Virus record (IMG/VR): IMGVR_UViG_3300025141_000001 | From: an uncultured virus (IMG/VR IMGVR_UViG_3300025141_000001) | Taxonomy: Duplodnaviria > Heunggongvirae > Uroviricota > Caudoviricetes | DNA: 20,000 nt | Strand: one strand, 5' to 3' | The notes under the pieces: generated by a model | Told to the model about the DNA's origin: nothing | Database searches by the model: none | Seen by the model: only the letters and a program-made list of their open reading frames with translations | Program-made: the position numbers and the translations under genes | Part shown: piece by piece, positions 17,393 to 20,000 of the stretch | Layout of the letters: each line of letters opens with the position of its first letter | How positions within the stretch are numbered: position 1 is the first letter of the stretch

Positions 17393-17643
17393 GTGCATAT
17401 AAAAAACAAATTGGCGGATCCCATTACAAGAGCATGAAAATTCAGCCAAGCAAATTTATTAATGACAATAAATTGCTTTTCGCCGAAGGAAATGCTATAA
17501 AATATATCTGCAGACATGCACATAAAGGAGGAAGGGAAGATTTGAACAAAGCTATACATTATATTGAAATGATTATTGAAAGAGACTACTCGCAAGAAAA
17601 TCCCATGGAAAAAAAGAACTATTGGGGGATCTTAAAAAAATAA
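17389..17643 (+). CDS. DUF3310 / T7 gp1.7-like protein (putative nucleotide kinase)
   Basis: GGSHY...GNAIKYICR...KGGREDLNKAIHY signature. Confidence 0.8.
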   Translation: MSAYKKQIGGSHYKSMKIQPSKFINDNKLLFAEGNAIKYICRHAHKGGREDLNKAIHYIEMIIERDYSQENPMEKKNYWGILKK

Positions 17644-19496
17644 TGCAGATCCCATTGTTCAAACCTCAGACTGAATGGCTACCACCTGAAGAGTTTCCGG
17701 ACTTAAAGGGAGAAAGCGAAATAGCAATAGACTTAGAAACACAAGATCCTAATTTAAATAAGAGTATGGGATCTGGAGCTGTCGTTAAAGTAGGACAGAT
17801 TGTAGGAATTTCCCTGGCTACTAAGACCTGGTCAGGATATTATCCCATTGCTCATGAAGGCGGAGGGAATATGGATAAAGCCATGGTCTCTAAATGGCTC
17901 CAAGATGTTTTAAATACTTCTGCTGATAAGATATTTCATAATGCCATGTACGATGTCTGTTGGTTAAGATCCTCAGGCTTTACGATTCAAGGAAGAATTA
18001 TTGATACGATGATTGCTTCAGCCATTGTTGATGAAAATCAATTGCGTTATGATTTAAATAATTGTTCTAGACGATATTTGAATGAAGCCAAAGATGAAGC
18101 CGCTCTCTATGCTGCGGCTAAAGAATGGGGCGTCGATGCTAAAGCAGAAATGTATAAACTTCCAGCGATGTATGTAGGAGCTTACGCAGAGAAAGATGCA
18201 GAGCTCACGTATAAGTTGTGGCAAGAATTAAAAAAAGAAATTAATCATCAAGACATTACAGAAATTTGGAAAATGGAAACGGAATTATTTCCTTGTCTCG
18301 TTGAAATGAGGTTTCTCGGTGTACGCGTAAATCAAGAACAAGCAGAGATCGAAAAGAAAACGTTAATGGAACATGAGAAGAAGTTACTCACAGAGGTGAA
18401 GAACGAAACAGGAATAGATGTACAGATTTGGGCAGCGCGATCTATTGCTCAAGTCTTTGATAAACTTAAATTAGTTTATGATCGAACGGAAAAAACTCAA
18501 GCTCCCTCCTTTACTAAGAATTTCCTAACTCATCACCCTAATCCTGTTGTGAAAAAGATTGCTAAAGCGAGAGAAATTAATAAAGCTCACACTACCTTCA
18601 TTGATACGATATTAAAACACACGCACAATGGTCGGATCTTCGCGGAGATTAATCAGTTGAGAGGAGACAATGGAGGCACGGTCACTGGACGATTCAGCTA
18701 TGCCCATCCAAACCTTCAACAAATTCCTGCACGAAACAAAGATCTTGGACCACGGATCAGAAGATTATTTATTCCTGAAGAAGGATGTACCTGGGGTTGT
18801 TTTGATTACAATCAACAAGAGCCAAGACTCGTTGTTCATTATGCAGCCCTTCAAAATTTATATGGAGTGACTGAAGTTCTGGAAGCTTATAAAGCTGGAG
18901 ACGCAGATTTTCATAGTATCGTAGCCGACATGGCTGACATTCCAAGATACCAAGCGAAGACGATTAATCTTGGTTTGTTTTATGGAATGGGAAAAAATAA
19001 ACTACAAGCAGAGCTTGGTGTTAATAAAGAAAAAGCTGAAGAATTATTTAAACAATATCATGGTAAAGTTCCTTTCGTTAAACAACTCATGGATGCCGTG
19101 ATGCGTAGAGCCCAGGACTCTGGACGTATCCGTACATTACTCGGTCGATTGTGCCGGTTCCATTTATGGGAACCCAATCAATTCGGGATTCATAAAGCTT
19201 TGCCTCACGAAGAAGCACTCAGGGAACACGGACCAGGGATCAGGAGAGCTTATACATACAAGGCATTAAATAAATTAATTCAAGGATCAGCAGCGGACAT
19301 GACTAAAAAAGCTATGTTAGAATTATATAAAGCAGGAATTATTCCTCATATTCAAGTACATGATGAGTTGGATATTTCTGTAAAAGATGATAAAGAAGCA
19401 AAACAAATAGTGGAAATTATGGAATCTGCAGTTGGACTTGAAGTACCTAATAAGGTAGACTACGAGTCAGGTAAAAACTGGGGAGACATAAAATAG
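17643..19496 (+). CDS. polA: Family A DNA polymerase with 3'-5' exonuclease and no 5'-3' exonuclease
   Basis: ExoI DLET, ExoII HNAMYD, ExoIII YAEKD, TVTGRFS...PNLQQIP, motif A DYNQQEPR, motif B KTINLGLFYG, motif C HDEL. Start placed at the TAATG overlap at 17643. The ORF track starts at 17622. Confidence 0.95.
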   Translation: MQIPLFKPQTEWLPPEEFPDLKGESEIAIDLETQDPNLNKSMGSGAVVKVGQIVGISLATKTWSGYYPIAHEGGGNMDKAMVSKWLQDVLNTSADKIFHNAMYDVCWLRSSGFTIQGRIIDTMIASAIVDENQLRYDLNNCSRRYLNEAKDEAALYAAAKEWGVDAKAEMYKLPAMYVGAYAEKDAELTYKLWQELKKEINHQDITEIWKMETELFPCLVEMRFLGVRVNQEQAEIEKKTLMEHEKKLLTEVKNETGIDVQIWAARSIAQVFDKLKLVYDRTEKTQAPSFTKNFLTHHPNPVVKKIAKAREINKAHTTFIDTILKHTHNGRIFAEINQLRGDNGGTVTGRFSYAHPNLQQIPARNKDLGPRIRRLFIPEEGCTWGCFDYNQQEPRLVVHYAALQNLYGVTEVLEAYKAGDADFHSIVADMADIPRYQAKTINLGLFYGMGKNKLQAELGVNKEKAEELFKQYHGKVPFVKQLMDAVMRRAQDSGRIRTLLGRLCRFHLWEPNQFGIHKALPHEEALREHGPGIRRAYTYKALNKLIQGSAADMTKKAMLELYKAGIIPHIQVHDELDISVKDDKEAKQIVEIMESAVGLEVPNKVDYESGKNWGDIK

Positions 19497-19505
19497 GAGG
19501 AAACT

Positions 19506-19610
19506 ATGGATATGATAAAAGACGCAATAAAAGACCTATGGACTAATCACAGAAAAAAAGTGATTGGTGCAGGTGTTGTACTTGTCATTTTAATAATCGC
19601 AGCACTATAG
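19506..19610 (+). CDS. 34-aa single-pass membrane peptide (not in ORF track)
   Basis: MDMIKDAIKDLWTNHRKKVIGAGVVLVILIIAAL*. GGAGG at 19496-19500, 5 nt before the ATG. Confidence 0.75.
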   Translation: MDMIKDAIKDLWTNHRKKVIGAGVVLVILIIAAL

Positions 19611-19623
19611 GACTTTATGCTAA

Positions 19624-20000
19624 ATGGCTTACTTAAACGTAAACATCCCTGTGATCTATGCACAGATCAGGAGAGAATATCTCTATGATCTTAAAGAACA
19701 CCATGGAGAAGTGGAAGACTGTGTTGTCTTTGGCTTGGCATCAATTACAGGGCGGCCTATACTCTTTCACGCACTTATGGAAAATGGTGCTATCTTCTAT
19801 CGGTTGCCGATTAGTGCGTTTCTTCAAAGAGGATTTAAGCCAGAAGAAGTTCCTAGGACTAGGCTGGACCAGCTGGAGCTTTGGAATTGCTTTAGTTATT
19901 ATCCTGCTATTACTAATTACGATATCTTAGATGGTCAATCAGGGAAATATATAGACAAAGATAAGGTCTGGCACATAGGATCCTATCTTTTCACAGTTGA
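19624..20000 (+). CDS. Conserved marine-phage hypothetical protein, 3'-truncated (not in ORF track)
   Basis: Open to the window end: MAYLNVNIPVIYAQIRREYLYDLKEHHGEVEDCVVFGLASITGRPILFHALMENGAIFYRLPISAF...LELWNCFSY...YLFTV. Missed because its stop lies outside the window. Confidence 0.8.
   Translation, partial: MAYLNVNIPVIYAQIRREYLYDLKEHHGEVEDCVVFGLASITGRPILFHALMENGAIFYRLPISAFLQRGFKPEEVPRTRLDQLELWNCFSYYPAITNYDILDGQSGKYIDKDKVWHIGSYLFTV

Noticed and set aside
17622..17642. ORF-track start for PolA (MGDLKKI...)
   Set aside because: There is no ATG at 17622 (it is TTG). The TAATG overlap at 17643 matches the coupling used throughout this genome.
19658..19930. 90-aa ORF with a hydrophobic C-terminus
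   Set aside because: It is an alternative frame inside the better-supported gene starting at 19624. The hydrophobicity is expected from a shifted reading of T-ending codons. A nested gene is not strictly excluded.
1..20000. Alternative genetic code, introns/inteins, tRNAs, integrase/att sites
   Set aside because: Genes tile densely under the standard code, the polymerase and helicases are of ordinary length with contiguous motifs, and no cloverleaf or recombinase motif was seen.

Overview
AT-rich segment of a tailed dsDNA phage genome, with no host genes, tRNAs, rRNAs or CRISPR arrays seen. Left arm (+ strand): two glycosyltransferases, four closely packed putative internal-virion/ejection proteins (637, 300, 366 and 1345 aa), and a lysis cassette (small membrane protein, peptidase M15 endolysin, unannotated 30-aa membrane peptide). 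Middle: a lone minus-strand SNF2 helicase sharing a roughly 35-bp dyad promoter region with the replication arm. Right arm (+ strand): two conserved hypotheticals, an SSB-like protein, a terminator, an inserted 2OG-Fe(II) oxygenase, an AEP primase, an HNH protein, a UvrD-like helicase, DUF3310, a Leu762-type family A DNA polymerase, a 34-aa membrane peptide and a truncated hypothetical. From recall rather than a search, the gene content resembles marine podoviruses of the SAR11 HTVC023P/HTVC027P type. Four observations stand out: (1) the oxygenase gene is flanked by a 17-bp duplication of the primase start, leaving a coupled leader mini-ORF; (2) a repeated GG-R-[IV]-G-x3-GG motif divides the virion proteins into blocks; (3) beta-clamp-type motifs sit at the N-termini of the HNH protein (QLSLF) and PolA (QIPLF); (4) overlapping divergent promoters control the SNF2 gene and the replication operon.
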